The notes: generated from the letters alone by a model not told the origin. A DNA stretch of 64,000 nucleotides from Octopus vulgaris (GCA_951406725.2 OX597817.1:38192001-38256000), one strand, 5' to 3'. Positions 14,147-28,539 are shown, numbered from the stretch's first letter. Made by a program: numbers and translations.

Positions 14147-15049
14147 AGCTGTACTTATTTGACAACTACCACTATCTTTAGTTGAACACGGGAAAAAAAA
14201 TCCAAAGCGGGAAGAGAGGCGCTTTCTTTGAACATGTATCTTTGCCAAGTGGTTATGTTTCTCCGCTGGGTCACAAGAACCTACTTATTATTTATAACTG
14301 GCAGCAATGGCAAAAGAGCTGCAAATCCAATCTGCGTTGCTACTTTCGCCAATTGAATTTGGTTAAGTTTATTGCTTTGTTAAAAAGTAGCATGTCTATG
14401 AGTGTGTGTATTTGTGCATGTGCGTATGTGCGTGCGTGTGTGTGTGTGACTATGTGTGTATGGGTGTGTGTGTGTCTATATGTGTATGGGTGTGCGTGCG
14501 TACGTGTGTGTGTATGTGTGTGTGCGTGCGCATGTGTGTGTATTTGTTGTTGTTACTGGTGTTCAAATTGTTCAAATTGACATTTTGTAAACGTAAAATA
14601 CGTCATTCTCTTTTCACGTACAACATATGAGATTTATGAAAATGAATTTGTTCTCTTACTTTATTAGAGGGTTTTTCTTTCTTTTTTTTTTGTTATCTTT
14701 TAGTTTGCTTGTTCACCGTGTTGTCACTTTCAAGTTCACTTTTTATTTCTAAGCTTCCTAGACGAGAAACCATCTTTTTCTGTATTGTGAACAAAATAAG
14801 GGCGGGGAGCAATTATTTCAAAAATTAACCGGTTTTGTTTGTTAATGGGGAGGGGTGGGGTGACGACTAACACATTCAAGGGGGTTCCATGTCGAAAATT
14901 ATCCATAAAGGGAATATTTTCCCAAGGTTATACTTCTCAGGCAACTGACTTCTTCGGTTGTACTTGGTAAAAAAGAAAATACAATATACTGAGAGGGTTT
15001 TGTGACACGTCCGTAACACAACAGCAACACAAGCAACAGCAACAACACA

Positions 15050-15376
15050 AATCCCGAAATTTAGGAGAAAGGGGTTAGTCAGTTACATCGATCCCAGTGC
15101 TGAACTGGTACCTATTTCATTTAGGCGGCGAGCTGGTAGAATCGTTAGCACGCCGGGCGAAATGCGCAGCCGTATTTCATCTGCCGTTACGTTCTGAGTT
15201 CAAATTCCGCCGAGGTCGACTTTGCCTTTCATCCTTTCGGGGTTGATTAAATAAGTACCAGTTACGCACTGGGGTCGACATAATCGACTTAATCCGTGTG
15301 ACTGTCCTTGTTTGTCCTCTCTGTGTTTAGCTCCCTTGTGGGTAGTAAAGAAATAGGTACCTATTTCATTGACCTT

Positions 15377-15425
<49 letters not shown>

Positions 15426-15555
15426 ATAAAAGAAAGAAAGGCATAGAAGACATCGGTAGGATTTGAAGACAGATAGTAAAAAGCCGGAAGAAATGTAAAG
15501 AGCTGAAGCATTTTGTCCCGACACGCATTTTGTCCCGGTTCTGCCAGCTTACAGC
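15050..15555 (-). mobile_element. Older family-A SINE interrupted by the 15123-15355 insertion and an (AAAG)n expansion
   Basis: The halves at 15050-15121 and 15356-15555 rejoin into a minus-strand SINE A. Confidence 0.65.
15123..15355 (+). mobile_element. Well-preserved tRNA-derived SINE (family A) with a 15-bp target-site duplication
   Basis: A box ggcggcgagctggtagaatcgttagc and B box gagttcaaattcc. TSD ggtacctatttcatt at 15107-15121 and 15356-15370. Confidence 0.9.
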
Positions 15556-15625
15556 CTTTATAATAAAATTAATAAAGAAGAAGAAGAAGAAGAAGAAGAA
15601 GAAGAAGAAGAAGAAGAAGAAGAAG

Positions 15626-15656
<31 letters not shown>

Positions 15657-16724
15657 TGACGATGATGACGACGACGAGGTGGAAGAGGAATATAATGACA
15701 ACGACATCGATGAAATACGGCAAATCTCATTACAATTCTCTTATTTTGTGATTCTATTATTTATTTCGGATCTTTTTGACTCCCACCATTGCATACGCGT
15801 CTTCATGAGTCACGTGTTACACTTATTTCGGCTGAAACATGTCGTGGAGGCTTAGCTGTGGCTGACTTCACCGCGCACGATGGACATGGCCATATAAGGA
15901 AATCTCCGGTCAGTAAGGTAAGGAAAAGAAGAAAAAAAAAGAAAAGACGGAGATGAGGGAGATTGAGAGTAAGGTATGAGCGAAAGCTGGAGAAAAGGAG
16001 ATTGAACGAGAAGAAGAAAGAGTGCAGGGAAAAAGAAGAAAAAATGAGAAAAATATGTACTTTTTTTTATATATATTTTTTCTGTTATTCCTTTCTTTCA
16101 TTAATAAAGAAATATAAAAAGTGTATAGATGGAACGAAAGAAAAGAGGAAAAATTTGGCAAGACAGAAAGAAGGACGAAAAAAAGGAGGAAAGAAGAAAA
16201 TATATCAAAGAATGAAGAAATGAAATAAAAGAAGAAAAAAGGAGTGGGGGTGATGAATAAGAAGAGTCTGTTAAACAAGAACAGCAATAACGAAACAAAC
16301 TAATGCTTTCTTAACTAAATGTATATCATCGGCGTTACTGTTGTTATTGTTGTTGCTACTGTTCAACCCCAAGTTAACCTTAACAGAACAGACAGATCTA
16401 TGATGAAAGATCAGTGCAGCTATAACCATACGATCTGTTCCTCTGGAATAGTATACCCGGATAACATTGTGCCAAGTATGGGTTAATGGGTATTTGACTG
16501 CTAACTCTGGCAAATTGCCTGAACTCGAAGAGGCCCCCTTCTTGGCTTATATATCGTCATATTTTCAACAGAAAGTGATTGGTCGTTAGCTGCAATGTCC
16601 AGAGAAGTCTCTCGATGGCATTACCAAACTTCTTAGCAGGAAGCGACTCCGACAATTTTTTAAATAACTGGGTCATAGAATCAGGTTTCACGGAGATCAC
16701 GCACTGCTTAGTACACACATCCGG

Positions 16725-16778
<54 letters not shown>

Positions 16779-16784
16779 TATTTC

Positions 16785-18240
16785 CCATGGGTGTGATGCT
16801 CACACCCTTGATAGATTTATAAAGCAACATATTTCTACCTTTAATCAATTAGGACTTAAAATTGCAGTAGCTACTAATCTCTCTATAGTTGATTATTCAG
16901 ATGTTTCCCTAGATCTAAACTCCTAGTATAAACCTTTCCATAAACCTAATGAGAAACTCGCATATATGCATAAACAGTCTCGTCATACTCCTGTAATATT
17001 TAAAAACCTGATAGCTAATATTAGTAAGAGTGTCTAACCACTCTCCTTCTAAAGAAATTTTCGAAAAAGCTGCGCCTTATTATAACACGGCCCTAGCCAA
17101 TAGTGGCTTCAAAGATAAATTAATATAATCCCTCTAATAATAATTAAAATATTAATAATAGATCTAATGGCATCAAAGATAAGGTAATATATAACCACTC
17201 GAGTATTGATAAGAATAAGAATAAGAAACCTAGAAATAACGAAGGAAAATTATTTGGTTCACCCCTCCCTTTTCCTTTAATATAAAAACTAACATTGGTA
17301 AAAGATTCCTGTCACTCTTAGAAAAACACTTTCCAGCAACTCACAAATACAGGAAAATATTATATTTCTGTGAAATTATCATATAGTTGCTGCCCCAATA
17401 TGAAGAGTATTATTACACGTGGTCAATACCAAAAGCCTACATCCATTTGCAACCGTCGCGACCCAGGTTCCTGTCTACTTGACCAACGATGTATGACTAA
17501 ATCTATCATATATGGGGCATAAGTTACGGCAACCCTAAATAATAATACAACTGATAAGAAGACCTACATTGGATTATGTGAAGGGGAATTTAAAAATCGC
17601 TATGCCAATCACATAGCTTCCAACATAAGGACAAAAGTAAAGTTATGTACTACTTTGTCTAGCTACGTATGGGCTTTGGAAGATAACGAAACACCGCATG
17701 TGATTAAATGGGAAGTAATTGAGAAATCCATTCCTTATGTTAATGGATCGAATAAATGTAGACTTTGTTTGGCTGAAATGAACGCAGATCCTGTTCAGAT
17801 CTAAGATCCCTAACTCTCTATTGAACACCAGGTCAGAAGTTTTCAGTAGTTGCATGCATAAGTATAAATATATTTTGAATAGTTGGAAAATTCCGCCTAT
17901 TCCTGACTGACTTGATATCTTTCCATCCTTATCATTTAAGGTCTAAGGAGGATAGTCCTTTACCTTTTTACTTTTTATTTTTTTACATTTTATTATTTTT
18001 TTTTGTGTGTGTGTGCTTTCGTTTTCTGTTATTTACTTTTTGCGTTTTCTCAGTTTTTTCGCGTTTCAATTATTCAATTTTTTCTTAGTTCGTTATGATA
18101 CATGGTTTGTGCCTGAAGAAAATGTTTGAGTTTTCTCAATATATGAAACTATTAGTAGCGCTTTAATACTTGTATTATGACCTTTAAATTAATAATATTT
18201 ATCTCTTACAAGAGCCTATTTCAATGTACGCGTACATACA
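16785..18240 (+). mobile_element. Penelope-like retroelement, 5'-truncated: RT C-terminus, GIY-YIG endonuclease and 3' pLTR
   Basis: FNQLGLKI..NLSIVDYSDVSLDL..YKPFHKPN; KIIWFTPPFSFNIKTNIGKRFLSLLEKHFP; KLSYSCCPNMKSII; SIIYGA..KTYIGLCEGEFKNRYANH; CRLCLAE. Contains stops and frameshifts. Confidence 0.9.
18109..18161 (+). ncRNA. Type-I hammerhead ribozyme in the Penelope 3' terminus (canonical core)
   Basis: gugc CUGAAGA [stem II ..uugag uuuu cucaa..] GAAA cu auu ag UA gcgc; GUA cleavage triplet. Confidence 0.75.
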
Positions 18241-18274
18241 GATCTTCATAAATTAATGGTCATACACACACACG

Positions 18275-18313
<39 letters not shown>

Positions 18314-18359
18314 CTATTATATTTCTCCTGAAAGTTAGCTTTCATCCAAGAAATAAGAT

Positions 18360-18452
18360 TAGTACCCAATACGTTTATGCCAGTCCGGTGTCCAATGCAC
18401 CGTGATGCAGGCACACTTTCATAAGTAAAATTATACTATAATTGTGTATGTT

Positions 18453-18486
<34 letters not shown>

Positions 18487-20330
18487 CGAGCGAGAGAGAG
18501 AGAGAGAGAGTGAGTGAGTGAGTGAGTGAGTGAGTGTATGTGTTCCTGAGTGTGTATATGTGTGTTCCTGAGTGTGTAATGTGTACCTGCATATGTAAGT
18601 GTGTGTGTGCAACTTAAATGGCACTTACAAAATTCAATCAAATTTAGGTCATAAGACTAAGTGTGAAAGCATTTACTTTATCTTTCATTCTTGATATCTT
18701 TTTAATTCTTAAAGTAATTTGAATAATGATTTTCGGGAAGAAAATAACTCATAGAAATATGAGCTTCTCCGGCTTCCCCATTGAAGCCAGATTAGCCAAA
18801 GAAAACTACACATTCAAATGCTGGAACCGCAATCATTCAATTATCAAAATATTATATTAAGATTTGTGATGGATCCTAGCGTATATGCATCCATCATAAC
18901 GTTGGAAGTTTTGGACACCTCAGTTAACCACCTGCAGATATATAATATCTTCATTTTACAAGCAAGAGTGTAAATAAAGACAATGTGGAGGTTTTCAACT
19001 CTTGAGCATCCAACATAAAATTCGTCGGCAGTAACAACAGCTGTCATAGTGAAGAAGAGTTCAAAAGTGCAAACTGAACTCTTCTAAGTCGAAATCGCAC
19101 ATCTGGTGGTATTACTGAAATTCTGGGTATAATTAAGTAATTTCACTTGGTGTATTCAAGTAAGATTAATAGTCTTGGTTCCACGTAACTAAGCTTCTTA
19201 ACTATTTATTTAATATCATTGTATAGATGCATTGATCTAAATTATGCAGAAATATTACTGTGGGTTTTTCTTTTCGCTGCGGTCTGTGTGATGGTAAATC
19301 TGAAGGTTTAAAATTCTGCAAAACTGAACTATTTTTTCCAGATCCACATCAGTGCCCACTGATTAGTAACTATGCCTATTTCCTGGAAGTGTCTGCAACA
19401 GATGTAGTCGATGCTATTAACCAAATTTACTTTTTCACACATCCACTTGTGTGTTACTTGACAATGTTCCAGATTATGGAACACCTTTGATACCAATTCA
19501 TCTGCTGTCTTAATCACTGCGCTTATAGGACTAGGGTCTGTAGTACCATTATTAGCGAGAGGAAAACTTGTACAAACTTTTTAGTAAAATATCCAGACAG
19601 CTGATCCCCCAAATATTGACTTTCATGTTTGTAGATAGTTTGGAGATTTTAACATTGGACCAGAACGATGATGATTTAATGCAAGCACGAATTTCGTAGG
19701 TTGTTGTTCCTTTTGGAAATTACTGGTAAGGTCCAACAACATCATTTGAGAGCGTTTGTCACAAAAGTCCTGCAATGTGATATGTGTATTGAATGCGTAG
19801 GTTAGGAGTGGATAGTCGAAAACTATCCACTTGTTGTCAATTTCCGTCTATCTAAATAAGGTTTGAACGGTTCCATCTTCTGACGGATTTCTGTTAAATA
19901 GATACTTGTTGTCATCCGTTTGGGTTTCCTTGATATATGATCCTGGAAACCGTTTCGTGCGTTTCTTGTTTTTCATGCAAGAATTCTTAATGAGAGTGCC
20001 ACTGGAGCCATAAACCACTAGGGTTTCAACAATACAGAAGAGCTTTATCTCTTTGGGTGCAATTGGAAGCCCTGCATATATGATGGAATCAATTTGATTG
20101 AAGTGAATGTAATTTACAAACCAGATCAAAATTGCCTGCCCGTAGCAAGTCCTTTTTTTTTTGCCATGCAGCCAATCTTGTAAATATAAAAATAACTATA
20201 TTTGACCGTGATTATCATTTGAACCCACTTCCATTTGTCTACCTACTTAAAATAAAATCAGCTGTTACGACATATCAGCAAAAACTTTATGTTAATCAAG
20301 TCTTCTGCTAACGTGGTTACTCTGTTACTA
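18360..20330 (-). mobile_element. Internally deleted, decayed Helitron (Rep remnant + PIF1 helicase remnant + probable 3' hairpin)
   Basis: IDSIIYAGLP..VYGSSGTLIKNSCMKNKKRTKRFPGSYIKETQTDDNKY..NPSEDG (Rep); ADELVSKVF..WMCE; VIPPDVRFRLR; FYVGCSRV (helicase motif VI). Hairpin cggtg..caccg near 18386-18405. Confidence 0.8.
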
Positions 20331-20817
20331 ATTGTGGAGGAAGAGAAAAAGAGAAAAGAGAATTGAAAGAGATGTTCACAGTATGAGAGTAATAGAGTTA
20401 AGGGAGAGAGAAATAGAGAAGACAGCATGTGACAAAAAGAGAGAAGGAAAGAGAGAGAGACACATGGAGAGGGAGAGAAAAAGAATTGATATAGTAAAGC
20501 AATGAGAAGGAGATGAAACTAAGAAAAACAAATAATTAACACTAAAGAAAGTCAGCAAAAAGGAAAGAGAATGAATGAATGGTGGCAGCGGACGACAGGC
20601 GATAGCTACATACGAGAGAAAAAGGGAAAGGAAAAATGGACATACACGCATACAAACATCAGGTGCTATATAGAGGGACTGAACTCGGAATCATGTAGTT
20701 TCGAAATGAACTTCTTAGCCACGCACCCACAGGTCCTTTAAAATTTGACGAGTCTGGTAAGTGCTATTCGCAAAACTCGAGGCCTTTGAGTCACTTACGT
20801 AGCGTTATGGCTAGATA

Positions 20818-20857
<40 letters not shown>

Positions 20858-20966
20858 ATTCACTCACACACATGTACTCGCACACACACACACACACACA
20901 CTCATTCACTCACACACATGTACTCGCACGCACACACACACACACTCATTCACTCACACACATGTA

Positions 20967-21009
<43 letters not shown>

Positions 21010-21745
21010 GTATACAAACAGGGAAAAAGACAGATATATATATATACACATGCAGATATGGGTTTGTGTATGTATGTTTAAACACACATAAATAGGAGTG
21101 TGAGTATTGCTGCGTATATATATGTGTGTGTGAGTATGCGCGCGCGAGTGCGCATCCGCCTGTGCATCAGTACTTGAACAAGTGCGTGGGCATATGTCAG
21201 TTCGTAACGGCTGTGTAGCCTGTGTGAGTAGTTAACTGTATGCGTAGGAGTAAGTAATAAATAATATACTTACGCGCACACACGCACTCCTACATACAGA
21301 AACACGTTTTCTGGCTCTGTATTATTTATTACTCACAACACGCGCGCACATACGCGCACGCATAATTCAATGGCCTCAATTTCAACGCATACGCACGTAC
21401 TTTTGTACAAGCTAACAACGTCGTCTCTGCGTGGTTACTCGAACTTCTAGAAATAGCAGTCACATTTCTTTAAGCTCGACCTACTATCTAAAGAAAAGAG
21501 AAAGGAAATATTAGATAATGTACTCCTGGGTAGACTATGCCGCAGGAAAGGGCAGGATGATTAATAGAGGAACGTGATCGACGAAGGTTATGCTGGAGTT
21601 AAGCAACGTAGGCAGGTTTGTTTTATATATATATAGTAGTAACAGAAAAGAGGAATTTCGATAATCCCCACGTGGTGAGTTGTAATGTATATAAGAAATT
21701 AAAAATGAAAATACGCACACTTACATAGTTTTAATAATTTTTAAT

Positions 21746-21780
21746 ATATCGACCGGTTTCGCAATCGCTATTCATGATAT
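21746..21780 (-). ncRNA. Minimal type-I hammerhead motif, A3-U8 core variant
   Basis: Reverse complement: auauc AUGAAUA gc gauu gc GAAA ccgg UC gauau. Perfect 5-bp stem I, 2-bp stem II, palindromic stem III, GUC site. Confidence 0.6.
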
Positions 21781-21847
21781 TATGTTTTACTTATTTGAAT
21801 ATATATTTTTTTTCTTAAGAAATTTTGTCCATGTTGTGTGTGATGGA

Positions 21848-22700
<853 letters not shown>

Positions 22701-22978
22701 AAACCCACTCCATTTCACTTGTTTTTGCCCCCTAACACCCTTTCTATCTGCGTCACGTATTTTTTTCTCTAGAGAGAAAAATAGGTATAGGTGGTGAGAG
22801 ACAGATCATTCAGAGAGAGAGGGAGGATAGTGAGAGAGACTGAGACATAGAGAAGGACATATAGGCAGAGAGAAAGCAGAGGTGAGGCGTCTCACTTGTT
22901 TTGTTTTCTCCGTAACCCTCTTTCTCTGTCAGTCTCTGTGCTTTTTTCTCTTGAGAGAAAAAAAGGTAGAGGTAGTGA

Positions 22979-23010
<32 letters not shown>

Positions 23011-23369
23011 CATATACAAAGAGAGAGATACACACAATCAAAGGGAGAGATAGAGAGAGACAGAGACATATACAATCAGAGAGAGAGAGAGGGGGGGATG
23101 TAGTGAGAGAGATAAAGAAATAAATAGGAACATATAGACAGAGAGAAAGCAGAGGTCCGGCGGTGACTTCAAAGGGATAAATGTAATGTATAAACCTAGA
23201 GAAAGCTGGAGGTGAATTGAGTGATAGGTGGAGTATTTTTTCACTCTGTAAAAAGCAGTATGGCGAAAGAGACAGTACGTGGATTGCTAGAAATTGGAGC
23301 CAATACACCACCAGCTTGGCCATCCCCAATCCGTTTTCGGAAAATAATTACACAGTTAGCTGCGGAATT

Positions 23370-23560
23370 CTTTTATTCTTTTATTTGTCTCAGTCATTTG
23401 ACTGCGGCCATGCTGGAGCCACACCTTTAGTCGAACAAATCGACTCCAGGACTTATTCTTTATAAGCCTAATACTTATTCTATCGGTCGCTTTTGCCGAA
23501 TCGCTAAGTTACAACATCGGTTGTCAAGCGAATGTAGGGGGACAAATACATTCGCAATCA
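23370..23560 (-). mobile_element. SINE family B, 3' half
   Basis: cagtcatttgactgcggccatgctggagc...tattctatcggtc...catcggttgtcaagc, as in 38005-38215. Confidence 0.8.
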
Positions 23561-23564
23561 TATA

Positions 23565-23600
<36 letters not shown>

Positions 23601-23903
23601 TGTATGTATGTATGTATGTATGTATGTATGCATGTATGTATGTATGTATGTACTATGTATGTATGTATGTATGTATGTATGTATGTATGTATGTATGTAT
23701 GTATGCAAGCATGCATACATGCATGTATGTATGCATACATGCATGCATGCATCATACATGCATCACCACCTTCAATCCGTTTTCAGAAAATAAGTACGCA
23801 GTTATCTGCGGAATTGTCAAATTAATGTAAATGACACGAAAAACCTGAAATATTATCAATTTTAGTTAGTATTTTCAGCGGTTAACGTACAAACTTTGTT
23901 TTT

Positions 23904-23974
<71 letters not shown>

Positions 23975-23981
<7 letters not shown>

Positions 23982-24364
23982 GGCAGTTTGTCTGTCTGTG
24001 TGTCTGTCAGGTTGTACCCTCACCCTGACCACGGCTTTCAACTGATTCTGATGAAACTTGATACACACATAGCCCAATGTCATAATTCAAAACTAACGCA
24101 GCGAAAATTTTGAAAAGTTCCCCCAGTTTTGAAAAAAATCGATAAATTCGACATGGGGTCGAGAATCTAAGCTGTTTATATGCAACACATTTTCTGTCGG
24201 GAGACAGCTAGGAACATCGTATACATAGAAGTGTTCGAGTGAAGAGAAGACGTTGCAACCTACACATGCGCCTTCGTTCCCTAGAGGGAAATAACTAGAT
24301 TGGGATTAGTCGTTGCCTACTAGGGGCTCTTACATACCCGGGCAACGCCGGGCTATGCTGCTAG
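23975..24364 (+). mobile_element. Non-autonomous Helitron
   Basis: Starts in (TA)n and ends cccgggcaacgccgggctatgctgCTAG|T. Its first ~195 bp are shared with 58385-58590 (minus strand). Confidence 0.85.
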
Positions 24365-24759
24365 TATATATATATAATGTATACACACACATACATACAA
24401 ACATACATACATACATACATACATACATACATACATACATACATACATACATACATACATGCATGCATGCATACATAGATACATACATGCATGCATGCAT
24501 GCATGCATACATACATACATACATACATACATACATACATACATACATACATACATACATACAAACAAACATACATACACGAGTCAGCATGTAGTCAGTG
24601 ACTTACACGAAGGTGGCTCATAATAGATATGAAGTCGTCTTCTTATCGTCTAAGATTCGATTTTTGCACGGATGTCTAAGCAGCTTCATTTGAGGACAGC
24701 ACTAATCACCTGGTGATTGGGGAAGTTCTTGAAAGGATGAGCTAAAAATTGCCCGACGT

Positions 24760-26878
24760 TTTCTATCTGGTCAGTTTAGCGCGATTGATGGATATCCACC
24801 TTGCATCAGAAAATCAAGACGTACTGCACTTGTTCGCGAACTGAATCGATATAACATACATATAGCTGAGGGTTTTTTTTTTATCTTTTCAGAAATTTGA
24901 CATGAAAACTGCGTGTTTTGAGATTTTTTTTTTTTTTTCGAAAATACCCACTGCTTCCAGTACTTGCTTTCTGTATCGGGGGCACTGACAAGCATTGCGC
25001 TTTCAATTAACTTCTTATATTTCACAGGCCTTCAGTACAGTCCTTAAATCGTAGTGATGGTTTCTGCTGGGGGCGCTTACCGCAAACAAGTTCACCGTAC
25101 AGCATCAGGATTGGAATCCTCCGATCATTCATCCGAGCAAGGTGTTCTGTTCAATGTAAATGGTGATTGTGCCCCATCGCCTCAATTCTCTGGACGTCGG
25201 CTTCCCCAAGACCTCTGTGCTTGGAGTCTGCAAGGACCAGCCAACATTCAGTATGAGTCTCAGACATTTCTGATAGAAGCGTTCATGATGCCTATACAGG
25301 TTCAATGCCTCACACGAGTAAAGAAATGACGTCAGCTTTCACGCACGATACACAACTTTTGTTCGTGATGCTGTGTTGGCACGAGACACGAAACTCAAGA
25401 CCCTGAAGCAATTTGATGTCTTCTGAAGCCTTAAGGGTTTTTCATCATTCAAGGAGCAAGAACAGCTGAATATGCCGCCCAAGTTGACAAAATTTTCAGT
25501 ACTGTTCCTTCAACTAAAATAGACGGTTTCCTGGCGCAGATTGGAATATTACAAAAGACTTGTCCTAGATAATGTTGAGTCCAAATACCTAGCAAGATGT
25601 AGAAATATGATCCATGAGAATTTGCATATCTTTCACTGTGTGAACTACTAAGTCGCAATCATCAGCATAAAAGAGGTCACGAATAAGAGACCGAAAAACT
25701 TTTGTATTAGCAGTAAATCGATGCAAATTGAAGAGATGCCCAGAAGATCGACACCTCACATATTTATCAGAAGAGCAATCCACAGCAAAAGTATGAATGG
25801 GAGTAACAGCAAAATATAAGGAAATGAGAGTTGGGGCAAGGATGTCACCTTGCTTAACAGCATTCTCTGTAAGAATGGGCTCCGCCGTGCCAGCACCGAT
25901 ATTGACCCATTCATTCATCCCATTATGATATTATTTAATTATCGATACAAAGTCATCCGGACAAAAAAGTTTGCAGAGTATTTTCCACAAGGAGACCCTA
26001 TTCAGAGTATCGAAGGCTTTGGTTAAATCAAAGAAAACCTGGACAAAATCCAAATTCTGTTCATAGCACTTTTCCTGCATCTGTCTTGCTGTGAAAATCA
26101 TATCTATTGTTCCTCTACCAGAACGGAAGACACATTGAGATTCGGAGAGGAATCATTTACAAATCATTTAGACGAGTAAGAATACTTGCCAGAATCTTGC
26201 TAGCAGCTGGCAGTAGAGTAATAGCTCTATAATTTCCTCACTTAATTCTGATTTCCTTTCCTTTATAGAGAGGAAGGATAATCACATCCTCTCAGTCCTT
26301 GAAAACTGAACCATTCACAAGACTACTCTAATAAGCTCGTAAAGATTCTGTGTGATACGACCACCACCAAAACTAAAGACATCTGCACAAATTCCGTCTT
26401 TACCAGGTATTTTACTTAAACTCGTTTTACTTATCATTGTTATTACCTCGTTTATTAAGGGTGCTGAGTCCCAGGAGCTGATGACAGGTCTTTGCTGAAC
26501 AGTATCGATTATCGCATCATCTCACGGCTTACAAGTTCTGAAAAATGTTCGTTCCAGTGACATATAATTTCTGCTGATATAGCAAATATGGTAGAGCACT
26601 CGTTGGAAAGCTAATGAGCCGATGCAGAACTCTTAGGCCCATTAAATTGCTCCCTAAGATGGTATAGCTTCTTGCTGTCAATTGCTTCAGTGGCAGCTTG
26701 AATATCACGTGCAAGATCTTCACATCAAGTGTTCTGCACCCTCCTGAGTGATCGCTACAGTAGGGATTTTGTGTTCTGATGATAGGTAAAGGCCATATTC
26801 TGCTGCACAACTGATGGTCTTTGTGCAGTAATACACAGTGGGCGTTGCGCTTCGCAGATTCCCGTCTACGATTCTCCC
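24760..26878 (-). mobile_element. RTE/BovB-like LINE, decayed RT region to 3' end
   Basis: DSKKLYHL..GPKSS; FFDLTKAFDTLNR; VKQGDILAPTL; LFNLHRFTANTKV..IRDLFYADDCDLV; HLARMNDRRIP..LYGELVCGKRPQQKPSLRFKD. Confidence 0.9.
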
Positions 26879-27092
26879 TCACTACTTCTGCTCGTGATCA
26901 GAAATATGCATATTGTCAGCAACCAAAGGACATGCTCAACTGGTAAAGGTCAAGAAACTGACAAGTAAATAAGTGGTATTGAGCAGAATATATGCTGTAG
27001 CTCACCTTTTATACCAAGGCAAAACATGTTACATGATAGCATTTCCAATCAGTTAAGATCAAAACCCATGAGAGCCACTCCCTAGCACTGCT
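26878..27092 (-). mobile_element. 5' part of a TAA-associated non-coding repeat (family X)
   Basis: Reverse complement aligns with 34383-34590 (ctcatgg..tgatct.aactgatt..ctgctcaataccac..gatcacgagcagaagtagt). Confidence 0.75.
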
Positions 27093-27104
27093 ATAATGAT
27101 TATT

Positions 27105-27410
27105 ATTTTATGTTTGACTTTTGCTTTACATTTGTACAAGTTGGCTCCAAGTCTCACCCAGAGACTTCAAGAGACAACAAGTTGGAAGTTCATGTTGGTG
27201 TTATGCCGAGGGTGCCATATATTTGGTTTTGTACTTAGTGTTGTACTAGTGAATGTTTAAGAAACCATAAGAAAATTGTGTTTGTTTTAAAACTTGAGAT
27301 TACATAGAAAGTATTTTGCGTAGGATATGAGCAGTTCCCATGAGCACTATCTTTTGAATTTCTGCTATTTTGGGGTTTCCTGGTATCTGAGCTAGGTAGC
27401 AATCAGCCCC
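27105..27410 (-). mobile_element. R4/Dong-type retroelement 3' end
   Basis: Reverse complement aligns with 33995-34297 (gattgcta.ctagctcagataccaggaaa.cc.aaaat.gcagaaa..., LAQIPG.PK.AEIQKIVLMGTAHILRK). Flanked by (TTA)n. Confidence 0.8.
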
Positions 27411-27460
<50 letters not shown>

Positions 27461-27464
27461 GTTA

Positions 27465-27543
<79 letters not shown>

Positions 27544-27544
27544 G

Positions 27545-27730
27545 ATCTTCCCTCCCTATGGAGTATAGGCTATCGACGACTTCTCTCTACTCTTCTCGAC
27601 TCCGGGTGATCTTTCGTGCTTCATTCCAGTTGAATCTCTGCCTTTTCAGCCCACCTTAGAATCCCGCCTCCAACTAACCTTAATGTGTCCTCTCTTCCGC
27701 CTCCCTTGTGAGTTCCAGACATGTTTCCCC
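27545..27730 (-). mobile_element. RTE-X-like LINE extreme 3' fragment with (TAA)n tail
   Basis: Reverse complement encodes WNSQGRRKRGHIKVSWRRD, matching WNPQGKRKRGRP..TWRR. Confidence 0.6.
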
Positions 27731-27944
27731 AAAGGAAAACCTCCTTCTACCAGATCTCGTTAGTTTTGAATTGTCCCTGATACTTCTGTACGAAAACCCA
27801 TTTTTACTTGTGGGAAGAAGTGGCCCATTTTAGTCTGGCCTTTATCCCTTGACCCGACCGGCTTGAGCTCCACTGGCTTGAGCTCCACTGGCATAGCTCC
27901 AGTGTCATTGAGGTACACAAGCCATTACACTGCAACAATATATA

Positions 27945-28255
27945 TGAACTCCGTCGGTTACGACGACGAGGGTTCCAGTTGATCCAATAAATGAAACAGC
28001 TTGCTCGTGAAATTAACGTGCAAGTGACTGAGCACTCCAAACACATGTGTACCCTTAACGTAGTTCTCAGGGAGATTCAGTGTGATAAGGTTGGCCCTTT
28101 GAAATACAAGTACTACTCATTTTTGCCAGCTGAGTGGACTGAAGTAATGTGAAAGAAAGTGCCTTGCTCAAGAGACACAACGCATCGCCGGGAATTGAAC
28201 TCATGGCCTTACGATCGTGAGCCGAATACCCTAATCACTAAGCCACGCGCCTTCA
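27945..28255 (-). mobile_element. tRNA-derived SINE family C (CORE-like ttgagcaaggcact motif)
   Basis: Reverse complement: gaaggcgcgtggcttagtgattagggtattcggctcacgatcgtaaggccatgagttcaattcccggcg..ttgagcaaggcac. Confidence 0.8.
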
Positions 28256-28316
28256 CACATACACACACACACTCATATACATACATAATACATACACATC
28301 CACACACACACACATA

Positions 28317-28410
<94 letters not shown>

Positions 28411-28539
28411 CACTCAAAAATACATACAAGCATGCATATATGTCCGTATGCATGAATGTATGTATATTTCTGTATATATACAAACACACGCATGCATACA
28501 TATACACACACATTCGCAGTCATTAACATATGGAGTGTC

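Noticed and set aside
15123-15210. Possible tRNA gene
   Set aside because: A/B boxes are present but there is no cloverleaf, and the sequence continues into a SINE body with a TSD.
15798-15850. Hammerhead-like ...uga guc...ggcu GAAA caugUC guggag
   Set aside because: The 3' half fits, but the CUGA part of the core is missing.
20735-20790. UUGACGA...aaaa cucgag motif (a similar one lies at 44790-44827)
   Set aside because: GAAA and the NUH site are mutated and the stems are weak; cannot be supported as ribozymes.
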